Below are positions 30,779 through 38,609 of a DNA stretch of 48,962 nt, piece by piece. The stretch's first letter is position 1. The number at the start of each line of letters is the position of its first letter. A program made the position numbers and the translations under genes. The stretch is from Alphaproteobacteria bacterium (GTDB taxonomy: Bacteria > Pseudomonadota > Alphaproteobacteria > GCA-2731375): the NCBI GenBank assembly GCA_028824965.1, contig JAPKBD010000003.1, positions 1-48,962 on the forward strand, read 5' to 3'. Below the pieces are notes generated by a model. It ran no database searches. It was not told where the DNA came from and saw nothing but the letters and a program-made list of their open reading frames with translations.

Positions 30779-32220
30779 GCGTTTGGTTGGGGATTGGCGG
30801 CCTTACGCTCGTTGCTATGTTGCCAATATTGTGGCCGCTATTGCGTCCTTCACAAACGGTGAATGATCGCCTGGACCATGACTTAGAGGTCTACCGCGAT
30901 CAAATTCGGGAAGTAGAGGCCGAACTTGCCGCTAATGCGTTGACCGTGCAGGAGGCGGATGAAACGAAGCGGGAAATCGAACGGCGCATATTGCGTGCCG
31001 CAGACCATGGTCAAAGCCCAAAAGAGCCTGCGGCACCTGCAGCAATAACGGCCGTTGTGATCGCCTTATTGCTGCCGGCGCTTACCTTTTTGCTGTACAC
31101 CCAGCTTGGCCAACCGACAGAAAAAGATCAGCCACTGGCTGAACGAGATATTACGGCACCGGCGCCGGCACCACAGAATTTATCCAAAGACCAAAATCAG
31201 CAAATCAATGAAATGGTGGCACGCCTGGCTACGCGGCTTGAAAACCAACCAGATGACCGGGATGGCTGGATTTTACTGGGCCGGTCCTACGCTTCAATGG
31301 ATCGATTTGAGGATGCCGCTAACGTACTGCGCAAGGCGCTGGCGCTGTCCAACGATGATGCTGAATTGCAGGTGGCGTTCGGCGATATCCTTACCAAAGC
31401 TGCAGGCGGCACAATCACACCGGAAGCCTTGCGCGCGTTTAAGACTGCACTGACCCTGGCACCACAGCAATTGGCTGCGCGCTATTTCCTGGCCTTGGCA
31501 GACTTACAGGCCGGCCAGCCAAAAAGTGCCTATGATGCGTGGCTGGCACTTTATAAGGAGCTGCCGGCTGACAGCGATAATAGAGTCGCCCTTGCCGAAC
31601 AGATCCGTCGGGTCGCACAACAAATCGGCGTGGACCCGGCAAGTGATCTAGCGGATGCCGGACCGGCCAATCGCCCTGCAACATCCTCTGCGACATCCTC
31701 TGCGCCAAAGTCTGATGCGGCACCTGGACCTGACCGCGCTGCCATGGCCGCCGCAGCTGAATTATCACCTGCTGAGCGCCAGGAATTCATCCAATCCATG
31801 GTCCAGCGCTTAGCAGATCGCCTGAAAGATGACCCGGATGACTTTTCGGGCTGGATGCGTTTGGGCAAAGCCTATGGCGTGCTAGGTAAAACACCGCAAT
31901 CAGCAGATGCGTATGGCCATGCGGCCTCCTTGCGGCCAAATGATCCCGGTCCATTGAACGCCCAGGTGATGGCTCTGATACAAGACGCCTCGTCGGAGCA
32001 AATTTTACCAATTGCGACCCTGGACATATTTCGAAAACTGGAGAAATTGCAGCCGCGCAACCCGCGCGCCCTGTGGTTCTTAGGCATGGCAGATGCAGAT
32101 GCGGGCCGTTCGAAGGCCGCCCTGGAACGCTGGCAACGTTTGCACGACCAACTGCCTAAGGGCAGCAAGGAACGTGAAAACATTCGAACTGCAATCGATG
32201 GTTTGGGAGCCGCCAAATAG
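30775..32220 (+). CDS. ccmI: Cytochrome c biogenesis protein CcmI/CycH (TPR)
   Basis: VYRDQ motif, two TMs, and TPR blocks with a repeated MV.RLA.RL...PDD..GW..LG..Y unit. Confidence 0.9.
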   Translation: MSVWLGIGGLTLVAMLPILWPLLRPSQTVNDRLDHDLEVYRDQIREVEAELAANALTVQEADETKREIERRILRAADHGQSPKEPAAPAAITAVVIALLLPALTFLLYTQLGQPTEKDQPLAERDITAPAPAPQNLSKDQNQQINEMVARLATRLENQPDDRDGWILLGRSYASMDRFEDAANVLRKALALSNDDAELQVAFGDILTKAAGGTITPEALRAFKTALTLAPQQLAARYFLALADLQAGQPKSAYDAWLALYKELPADSDNRVALAEQIRRVAQQIGVDPASDLADAGPANRPATSSATSSAPKSDAAPGPDRAAMAAAAELSPAERQEFIQSMVQRLADRLKDDPDDFSGWMRLGKAYGVLGKTPQSADAYGHAASLRPNDPGPLNAQVMALIQDASSEQILPIATLDIFRKLEKLQPRNPRALWFLGMADADAGRSKAALERWQRLHDQLPKGSKERENIRTAIDGLGAAK

Positions 32221-32318
32221 GCTGTTTGGATAACAGTTTACAATTCCTTAAATGAATCGATGCTAGGCTAATACTTCAATACGATGTGGTGGCCCAAAAG
32301 GCACATCACCAGGAGGGA

Positions 32319-32397
32319 AATCGAAAAGGCATACCGTCGGCGACGGCGGGACGCAAAGTCACCGGTCTGAGTATTTCAGATAGCGGGGCCGCCGAAG
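32319..32397 (+). ncRNA. c-di-GMP-I (GEMM) riboswitch aptamer
   Basis: Sequence TCGAAAAGGCATA-CCGTCG-GCGA-CGGCGG-GACGCAAAG-TCACCGG-TCTGA-GTATT-TCAGA-TAGCGGGGCCGCCGA. It shows a GNRA-capped P2, the conserved GACGCAAAG junction, a P3 with internal loop and a short P1 (TCG/CGA), and it ends at the SD of the next gene. Confidence 0.88.
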
Positions 32398-32409
32398 GGA
32401 AATACGCTA

Positions 32410-32820
32410 ATGTCGACGGAAATGCCTGTATCGCTGCGCGCGATGATTGTTGATGATCAGCGCACAATGCGCTCAATTGTTCGTACACTATTGTCCCAAG
32501 TGGGAATTACCGATGTCATCGAAGCCGCTGATGGCGCGGAAGCGTATGCGAAGCTCGAGATGCCAGGCGAAACACCCCCCGATATTGTGATCTGCGATTT
32601 GCATATGAAGGATGGCGACGGGATGGCATTTTGCAACAAGCTGCGCCGTCACAAAAATGCTGACTTGGCACAGATCCCCGTTCTCATTCTAACCGGTGAT
32701 AGCGACGGCCTATTGCACGAGGTCGCGATGCAGATTGGCGCTGCTAAAGTATTGACCAAGCCTATATCCGCCCCTGATCTGGGGCGAGAGATCAGCCAGG
32801 CAGTGGGTTTCGCTGCCTAA
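32410..32820 (+). CDS. Single-domain response regulator (CheY-like receiver)
   Basis: VDD, phospho-acceptor Asp in ICDLHM, LTG and KP motifs; no output domain. Confidence 0.92.
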   Translation: MSTEMPVSLRAMIVDDQRTMRSIVRTLLSQVGITDVIEAADGAEAYAKLEMPGETPPDIVICDLHMKDGDGMAFCNKLRRHKNADLAQIPVLILTGDSDGLLHEVAMQIGAAKVLTKPISAPDLGREISQAVGFAA

Positions 32821-32832
32821 ATAAAACTCCGT

Positions 32833-33999
32833 TTAGTGGAACGCCCCACCGATCAGATCCCGGGCGATGATAAGCCGCTGGATCTCATTCGGCCCTTCGC
32901 CAATCCGACGTATTCTCATTTCACGGAACCAGCGTTCAAAGGGAAAATCCTTTGTTACGCCATAGCCGCCGTGAATTTGCATGGCGCGGTCGACCACCCT
33001 GCCGCCCGCTTCCGTCGCCGCTATTTTTGCCATTGCCGCTTCAGTACGAAACGCCTCTCCCTTATCTGCTTTGTGAGCTGCCGCCAATGTTAGCCAGCGC
33101 GCCGTGCGAATATCCAATTCATTGTCGATCAACATATTCTGGACCGTCTGGCGCGTTGCCAGAAGATCGCCAAACGTCTCTCTGACCTTTACGTACGCGA
33201 CGGCCATATCCTGGGCCCGCATGGCCACGCCAAGGCAGGCTGCTGCATAAGGTATGCGGTTACGGGTCAAACGCTCGTTCGCGATTGCGAAACCGCCATC
33301 TACACGACCAAGAATATTCTCCGCCGGGACCCGAAGATCTTCAAACTGCAGCTCCGTCGCGTAATGGGTAGAACGCAGGGTATGGACGATGCGCCGCACA
33401 TGAAAGCCCGGCATATCCGTATCAACGATAAAACAGGTGACCCCGGCACGGCCCTTATCCGGGCTGGTCCGGGCAAAGACCAGGCCGAAATCCGCCCGGT
33501 CTGCGCCGGATATGAATATTTTTTGGCCATTAATAACCCATTCATCACCGTCTTTTACCGCACGGGTTTGAATGGCACGGGCCGGATCACTGCCGCCCGA
33601 CGGCTCCGTCAGGCCAAAAAAGCCACGCTTTTCCCCCCGCAACGTGGGCAGCAAATAGCGCTCCTTCTGATCATCATTGGCATCATAAAGCTGCGCCAAC
33701 CCCATGCTACCAAAAGTGCCGTAGCAGGGTGCATATAGGCCGGCACGATGTTGGGACATTTCCATGGCCAGCAAAGTCCGGGTCATCACATCCAGGCCCG
33801 CACCGCCGAATTCTTCCGGCACATCCATTTGATAGAGGCCCATGCCAGTCGTGATACCGACCAGTCGTTCATGGTCCTCAGCCGTCAGTTCGCTCGCATC
33901 CGGGTCCAAATCGGCCTCAAGTGGGTCGATTTCCTGTCGGACGAAGCGCCGCACCTGTTCGACCAACATCCGTTGTTCATCGGAAAGATCCAAATCCAT
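32833..33999 (-). CDS. Acyl-CoA dehydrogenase
   Basis: GLTEPSGGSD, NGQKIFI, QIHGGYG and IGEGPNEIQR motifs. Confidence 0.94.
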   Translation of the reverse strand: MDLDLSDEQRMLVEQVRRFVRQEIDPLEADLDPDASELTAEDHERLVGITTGMGLYQMDVPEEFGGAGLDVMTRTLLAMEMSQHRAGLYAPCYGTFGSMGLAQLYDANDDQKERYLLPTLRGEKRGFFGLTEPSGGSDPARAIQTRAVKDGDEWVINGQKIFISGADRADFGLVFARTSPDKGRAGVTCFIVDTDMPGFHVRRIVHTLRSTHYATELQFEDLRVPAENILGRVDGGFAIANERLTRNRIPYAAACLGVAMRAQDMAVAYVKVRETFGDLLATRQTVQNMLIDNELDIRTARWLTLAAAHKADKGEAFRTEAAMAKIAATEAGGRVVDRAMQIHGGYGVTKDFPFERWFREMRIRRIGEGPNEIQRLIIARDLIGGAFH

Positions 34000-34010
34000 C
34001 TGTCTATCTC

Positions 34011-34346
34011 CTAACTCAAACTCAGTTGGCCGATCCGTCGCGGTCGGTGATCATTATTCTCAGGCGGCAGGGCATTATGATCAGCCTTATGAACCTTCAA
34101 TAATTCCTCCCATCGGCTAAGGTATTGTTGGTTTATTTCGACCCTGAAACGAAAACCTTCGCCGCGCTTTGCTAATTCATCCTGCAATATACCGCGCAAC
34201 CCAAAAAGACTGCGTCCGCCAGCAAAGCCGATATAGAGGATTTCATCTGCATCGTTGGAAATCTGATAGACTCCAAGTTGGCCCAGCAGCTTTTTTGCAT
34301 TAGTAGCATCTAGCGATTGCCACGGCTTTTCCATTCGTATGGACAT
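34011..34346 (-). CDS. Small hypothetical protein with a GIY-YIG-like motif
   Basis: 111 aa containing GVYQI...ILYIGFAG; tightly packed between the crotonase and acyl-CoA dehydrogenase genes. Confidence 0.7.
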   Translation of the reverse strand: MSIRMEKPWQSLDATNAKKLLGQLGVYQISNDADEILYIGFAGGRSLFGLRGILQDELAKRGEGFRFRVEINQQYLSRWEELLKVHKADHNALPPENNDHRPRRIGQLSLS

Positions 34347-34362
34347 TGTATCGACCTAATCC

Positions 34363-35118
34363 TTACTCACCACGAAAATTGGGCTTGCGTCGCTCCAACC
34401 TGGCTTTGACGCCTTCCAAGGCGTCCGCCGATGCCGCCACTTTGGCCACATCCGCGTTCAGGTCGTCATACGAGGTTGCCTCTCGGAAAGCCATTTGCCG
34501 AACCATCATAGCCTTCATACTACGAAGCGACATGGGCGCATTGGCGGACAATCGATCTATGATTTTCTGCGCCTCGGCATCAAGAGCATCGGGTGCTGCT
34601 ACCCGCGCAATGAGGCCCAGTTCGTACATCCGGGTCGCCGGCAGTGGGTCACCCAACAAAAGGAATTCGCGCATGGCCACGGGCCCTGCGACTTCCATCA
34701 ATTTTTTGGCCAGAAACCAGGTCGGTGCCAGGCCGATCTGGGCCAGGGACATGCCAAATATGGCGGTATCGGCCGCGACAACGAAATCACAATGGAGGGC
34801 CAGCTCGTTACCACCTGCGATGGCCGGGCCATGCACCACGGCGACTACGGGAAGGGGATAAACCTCAATCCGGCGCAACATAATTTCAATCGCACCGGGT
34901 TTGCCCAGGCCGGCGGCCTTTTGGCTCAAATCCATACCGGAACAAAATGATGGCCCGTTGGCGCGGATCACGGCGACCCGTTCATTGGGCCCAGGTTCAT
35001 CGGGGAAAGCAGCGCTCAAACCATCCAAAGTTTCCGGATCCAAAGCATTTCGTTTCTCCGGCCGGTTCAAGGTGATGGTCCGTACGGGGCCATCAATTTC
35101 CACAATAACCTTGCTCAT
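34363..35118 (-). CDS. Enoyl-CoA hydratase/isomerase (crotonase) family protein
   Basis: LNRPEKRNAL, FCSGMDL and AGGNELALHCD motifs; AGGAG SD. Confidence 0.92.
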   Translation of the reverse strand: MSKVIVEIDGPVRTITLNRPEKRNALDPETLDGLSAAFPDEPGPNERVAVIRANGPSFCSGMDLSQKAAGLGKPGAIEIMLRRIEVYPLPVVAVVHGPAIAGGNELALHCDFVVAADTAIFGMSLAQIGLAPTWFLAKKLMEVAGPVAMREFLLLGDPLPATRMYELGLIARVAAPDALDAEAQKIIDRLSANAPMSLRSMKAMMVRQMAFREATSYDDLNADVAKVAASADALEGVKARLERRKPNFRGE

Positions 35119-35190
35119 GGGGTCGCTCCTACCTGTCGTTTTTTCTAGACTAATTATAGCGACTATAGCAAAGCTGACGCATAGGGCACC

Positions 35191-36015
35191 CTACCGCTGA
35201 CATTTTGAACAAAAGAATGTGGAGCGCCCCGCCTGCACCAAGCGCTTAATCGGCTGGCTGCACTGAGTGCACGGCTCCCCCTCCCGCCCATAAACCGTGA
35301 ATTCGTGCTGGAAATAGCCCAATTCCCCTGACGCCTGGACGTAGTCCCGCAGGGTGGAACCGCCCTTGGCAATCGCTTTGTTAAGGACATCGCGAATAAC
35401 AGGCACCAAACGTTCGGCCCTGCGGCCGGCAACCGACGCGGCAAGGCGTCGCGGTGAAATACCGGCGTGAAACAACGCCTCACAAACATAGATATTACCC
35501 AAACCGGCAACAATTTTTTGATCCAGCAAGGCGGATTTGATAGGCGTACGCCGGCCCCGCAGGGCATCAGACAGGACCACACTGTTAAATTCATTGCCCA
35601 AAGGCTCAGGCCCAATATCCCGTAACAGGCGGTGGAGGTTCAGGTCTTTTGCCAAGACCAAATCCATCATGCCAAAACGGCGATGATCCTGATAGACGAC
35701 CGTGTGCCCACCATCTGTTTCCAACAATACATGATCATGTTTCGCAGGCTCAGGGGCCAGACCATCGTGGATAAACATCCGCCCCGACATGCCCAGGTGG
35801 GTCATCCAAATCCAACCATCATCCAGATCGGCCAGGATGAACTTCGCCCGACGGTAAAGGCGCACAACAGTACGCCCTTCTAATCGAGCGGCAAAATTAT
35901 CAGGCAACGGCCAGCGCAATGTATCACGGCGTTGGGTGACCTTGGTCAAACGCTGCCCCACAAGGGGTGCTTCAAGGCCACGGCAAACAGTTTCAACTTC
36001 AGGGAGTTCAGGCAT
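35191..36015 (-). CDS. mutM: Formamidopyrimidine-DNA glycosylase
   Basis: N-terminal MPELPEV, HLGMSG, GLGNIY and a C-terminal CTQC...CSKCQ zinc finger. Confidence 0.97.
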   Translation of the reverse strand: MPELPEVETVCRGLEAPLVGQRLTKVTQRRDTLRWPLPDNFAARLEGRTVVRLYRRAKFILADLDDGWIWMTHLGMSGRMFIHDGLAPEPAKHDHVLLETDGGHTVVYQDHRRFGMMDLVLAKDLNLHRLLRDIGPEPLGNEFNSVVLSDALRGRRTPIKSALLDQKIVAGLGNIYVCEALFHAGISPRRLAASVAGRRAERLVPVIRDVLNKAIAKGGSTLRDYVQASGELGYFQHEFTVYGREGEPCTQCSQPIKRLVQAGRSTFFCSKCQR

Positions 36016-36124
36016 AGTCAATTAGTAGCCGATCTTTCCCAGATATGCCAAGCGCCACTGCCAAGCGTTCAACGAAATATGCTATAAAGTATTCAAAATG
36101 ATTGAACTGTGGAGAGACCCTGTC

Positions 36125-36868
36125 ATGGCACCAGGCGCCAACACCGATTTCGGGTACGAGTCCGTTCCCTGGGGCGAAAAAGCATCCCGTGTGCGCGACG
36201 TGTTTGATTCTGTTGCCGGACGGTACGATGTGATGAATGACCTGATGTCAGGTGGCATGCATCGCCTGTGGAAGGCTGCGTACATCACATGGCTGCGGCC
36301 TAGAGCGGATATGCATTTGTTGGATCTAGCGGGGGGTACCGGGGACATTGCCTTTCGGTTTCTGGATGCAGGCGGCGGCAGGGTCACTGTGGCGGACATC
36401 AATCAAGAAATGTTGTTGGTTGGCAAGAAACGCGCACAGGGCCGTCGCATCGACAGTGCCATTGAATGGCTCTGCGCGAATGGGGAGGACCTGCCTATTC
36501 CCGATGCATCAATTGATGCGGTCACCTGTGCCTTTGGCATTCGGAATATGACCGATAAACCAAAAGCGCTGGCAGAGATGCGACGTGTCCTAAAGCCAGG
36601 CGGTCGGTTCCTCTGCCTGGAGTTCTCACGTCTTGCTTTGCCGGGTTTAGAAGGTTTGTACGATAAATATTCGCTTGAGATTGTACCGCGTATCGGCCGC
36701 TTGGTAGCAGATGATGAGGCATCTTATCGATATCTGGCGGAAAGCATTCGCACATTTCCGGATCAGGATAAATTTGCCGCCATGATCGCGGATGCAGGCC
36801 TGGGCAACGTGGCCTATCGCAATCTATCTGGTGGCATCGCCGCCATGCACTCTGCCTGGCGGATTTGA
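36125..36868 (+). CDS. ubiE: Ubiquinone/menaquinone C-methyltransferase
   Basis: YDVMNDLMS.G.HRLWK, DLAGGTGD, FGIRN and RVLKPGG motifs. Confidence 0.95.
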   Translation: MAPGANTDFGYESVPWGEKASRVRDVFDSVAGRYDVMNDLMSGGMHRLWKAAYITWLRPRADMHLLDLAGGTGDIAFRFLDAGGGRVTVADINQEMLLVGKKRAQGRRIDSAIEWLCANGEDLPIPDASIDAVTCAFGIRNMTDKPKALAEMRRVLKPGGRFLCLEFSRLALPGLEGLYDKYSLEIVPRIGRLVADDEASYRYLAESIRTFPDQDKFAAMIADAGLGNVAYRNLSGGIAAMHSAWRI

Positions 36869-36892
36869 GCGAAGCCTTCCGGAGGCAAAGTC

Positions 36893-37336
36893 TTAGCTCA
36901 GCCACAGCCTCTGTTCTGCTGCCCGCCGGCGTACCAGGCCAGGCAGGATACGACCACCGGCCCGTCGCCATTTTGGGAATTCAGCTGCGGCCCCGGTCAT
37001 GTCGCCACGATTGGCCTTCATGCGCAGGGTTGAACGCTGCAAATTGCCAGCCCCCAGATTGTAGGTGAAGGATATCAGAGCGGAGAATTCATTTGATGTC
37101 AGGGGCTCGATAATCAATCGACGCACCGCGCGCTCGGTGTGCAGCAAAATTCTGAACAGCATAGCCTCGCCCTCAACCTGGGTAATTTTCCTATGCGCCA
37201 TTGTAAGTCGATTTCGATCCAGGCCCCAGATGGAGCCGTAGCCTATTGTTGGGATGCCGATAGGATCCCAATAGGGCCGCGGGGACCAGCCCTCAAAACG
37301 CTTGATAATCGACAAACCTTCTTTGCTGGTATTCAT
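36893..37336 (-). CDS. Phage lysozyme/endolysin (GH24)
   Basis: Intact E-x8-D-x5-T triad (FEGWSPRPYWDPIGIPTIGYG), plus FTYNLG and LPGLVRRR. No SAR helix. Confidence 0.93.
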   Translation of the reverse strand: MNTSKEGLSIIKRFEGWSPRPYWDPIGIPTIGYGSIWGLDRNRLTMAHRKITQVEGEAMLFRILLHTERAVRRLIIEPLTSNEFSALISFTYNLGAGNLQRSTLRMKANRGDMTGAAAEFPKWRRAGGRILPGLVRRRAAEQRLWLS

Positions 37337-37580
37337 ATTCTTTGGAAACTTTTAAGGGCCCGGTGGCCGAACCAGAAACTCAAGATTGCCGCAAACAAAG
37401 CCCGGGTCTCGTCATCCCAGACCATGTCCAGGGTCTCTATCGTCACACCGTCAGAGCCGAAAATCAGATACATTGCAGTGGACTTAATAAAGACAAATTC
37501 CAGTACCAAGATATAGGTCACTACAGGGCGGACAGAGCCGCGTAGACCATCAACCCAAACGATGCCGACCTTTGGCTGGG
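37333..37580 (-). pseudogene. Holin-like membrane protein, 5'-truncated (possible 62-aa restart at GTG 37521)
   Basis: The frame reads QPKVGIVWVDGLRGSVRPVVTYILVLEF...WDDETRALFAAILSFWFGHR. It has two hydrophobic segments, a stop overlapping the endolysin ATG, and an upstream TGA that closes the frame. Confidence 0.6.
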
Positions 37581-37847
37581 CAGGTCATCCGGTTGGTCCA
37601 GGGGTAGAGCGCGTTTGCAGGTGATCGTCACTGCAGCAGCCCCTACTGCCCTGGGTGCTGTCGAATAAGTGACGTTGCCACCCGTATCAGAGCCGACGCC
37701 CGAAACTGAAAATCCCGTCGTAACCTCCGTTTCGTTCTCATAGATTTTTAGATGCGTCGCATCCAAAATTTTGAATGTATAGGGAAACAAAATTTGTCCC
37801 TCAGCCGCCGCATAGCGATCGACTGCCGTTGAAGCAGATAGCGTCAT
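37521..37847 (-). pseudogene. Phage tail-fibre N-terminal (T7 gp17-like attachment) domain, truncated
   Basis: MTLSASTAVDRY...FPYTFKILD...GFSVSGVGSDTGGNVTYSTAP...ITCKRALPLDQ matches the podovirus tail-fibre N-terminal pattern; AAGGAG SD. The last ~17 codons are holin DNA read out of frame. Confidence 0.7.
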
Positions 37848-37972
37848 CTGCATCTCCTTTGCGCTCGTGTGCCCAACAGGCACGGTTATCCACACCCCAA
37901 CCCAGGCTGGGACGCGGCTCCATAAACCAACCGAACGCCCTTAACGGACGCTGGGTCGGCAAATTCAATTTT

Positions 37973-38294
37973 TCAGATTTCGTTCGGGCTCTCAGCGTCG
38001 GCGCAACCCACCGCCACAAGCGGTGTGGCGGCAGCGTAGAGGTAGGCGGCGCCTTTGTTTTGTTCGGCCAGGGTCACCGCCATGATCAAGCAGTGCGTCC
38101 ATATGGGTGAACAGCCTCGGCGCGCGGCTCTTTTTGCGGCGTCGGCCTTCAGGTCCGGCGAAGGGGTCGATAACGTGATCCCTGCCAACCATTTCAAACT
38201 TGTTGTCTGCTTGCATCAAATAGTCGGTGGCGAAGGGATCATCTTCCCAATCCATGCCTTCGTCCGGTTTGCCGTTGGCAAATATGTCGATCAT
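37973..38294 (-). pseudogene. Hypothetical phage protein, possibly frameshifted near 38081
   Basis: ATG 38294 has an AGGA SD (MIDIFANGKPDEGMDWEDDPF...). The frame ends at 37992, and an overlapping frame (AVTLAEQNKGAAYLY...) ends at 37973. Confidence 0.4.
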
Positions 38295-38447
38295 TTTTGT
38301 GGTTCCTGTCTGTGTTAAGTATGGGGAATGCCGTGTGTCGCCGAAGGCGAAAGGACCCAAAACAACGCCCAAACGAAATGGGGCCCAGCGCGATTGCTCG
38401 CGCGGGCCCTGTTCTGAGGCATTCGATTATTTGCAGAAATTTGACAC

Positions 38448-38478
38448 AAAAAAAGCGCCCAAAATAGCGGGGGCGCTT
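38448..38478 (-). terminator. Intrinsic terminator-like hairpin
   Basis: AAGCGCCC/GGGCGCTT stem with a T7 run on the minus strand (A run at 38448-38454). Confidence 0.55.
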
Positions 38479-38568
38479 GATTGTGAAGCGGTGCCGAATT
38501 TGAACGGCACGATTTCAGTTTGGAAATACTACACTATACAAATTGAAATTGCAATTAAAATCTGCATT

Positions 38569-38593
38569 AAACGCCTGAAACACAGGCGTTTTT
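38569..38593. terminator. Terminator-like hairpin downstream of the DUF1013 gene
   Basis: AAACGCCTG-AAACA-CAGGCGTTT(TT), a perfect 9-bp stem ending about 17 nt past the DUF1013 stop. Confidence 0.55.
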
Positions 38594-38609
38594 AGTGCGC
38601 CTTAGGCTA

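Larger units (their letters stand above)
36893..38420 (-). mobile_element. Degraded prophage relic (hypothetical ORF, tail-fibre fragment, holin fragment, endolysin)
   Basis: Phage-like genes, all on the minus strand, between the core genes ubiE and DUF1013. No integrase or att repeat was found, so the boundaries are approximate. Confidence 0.75.

Noticed and set aside
36893-37847. Calling the relic a gene transfer agent cluster or tailocin
   Set aside because: No terminase, portal, capsid, tube or sheath genes are present, and the fibre gene is truncated.
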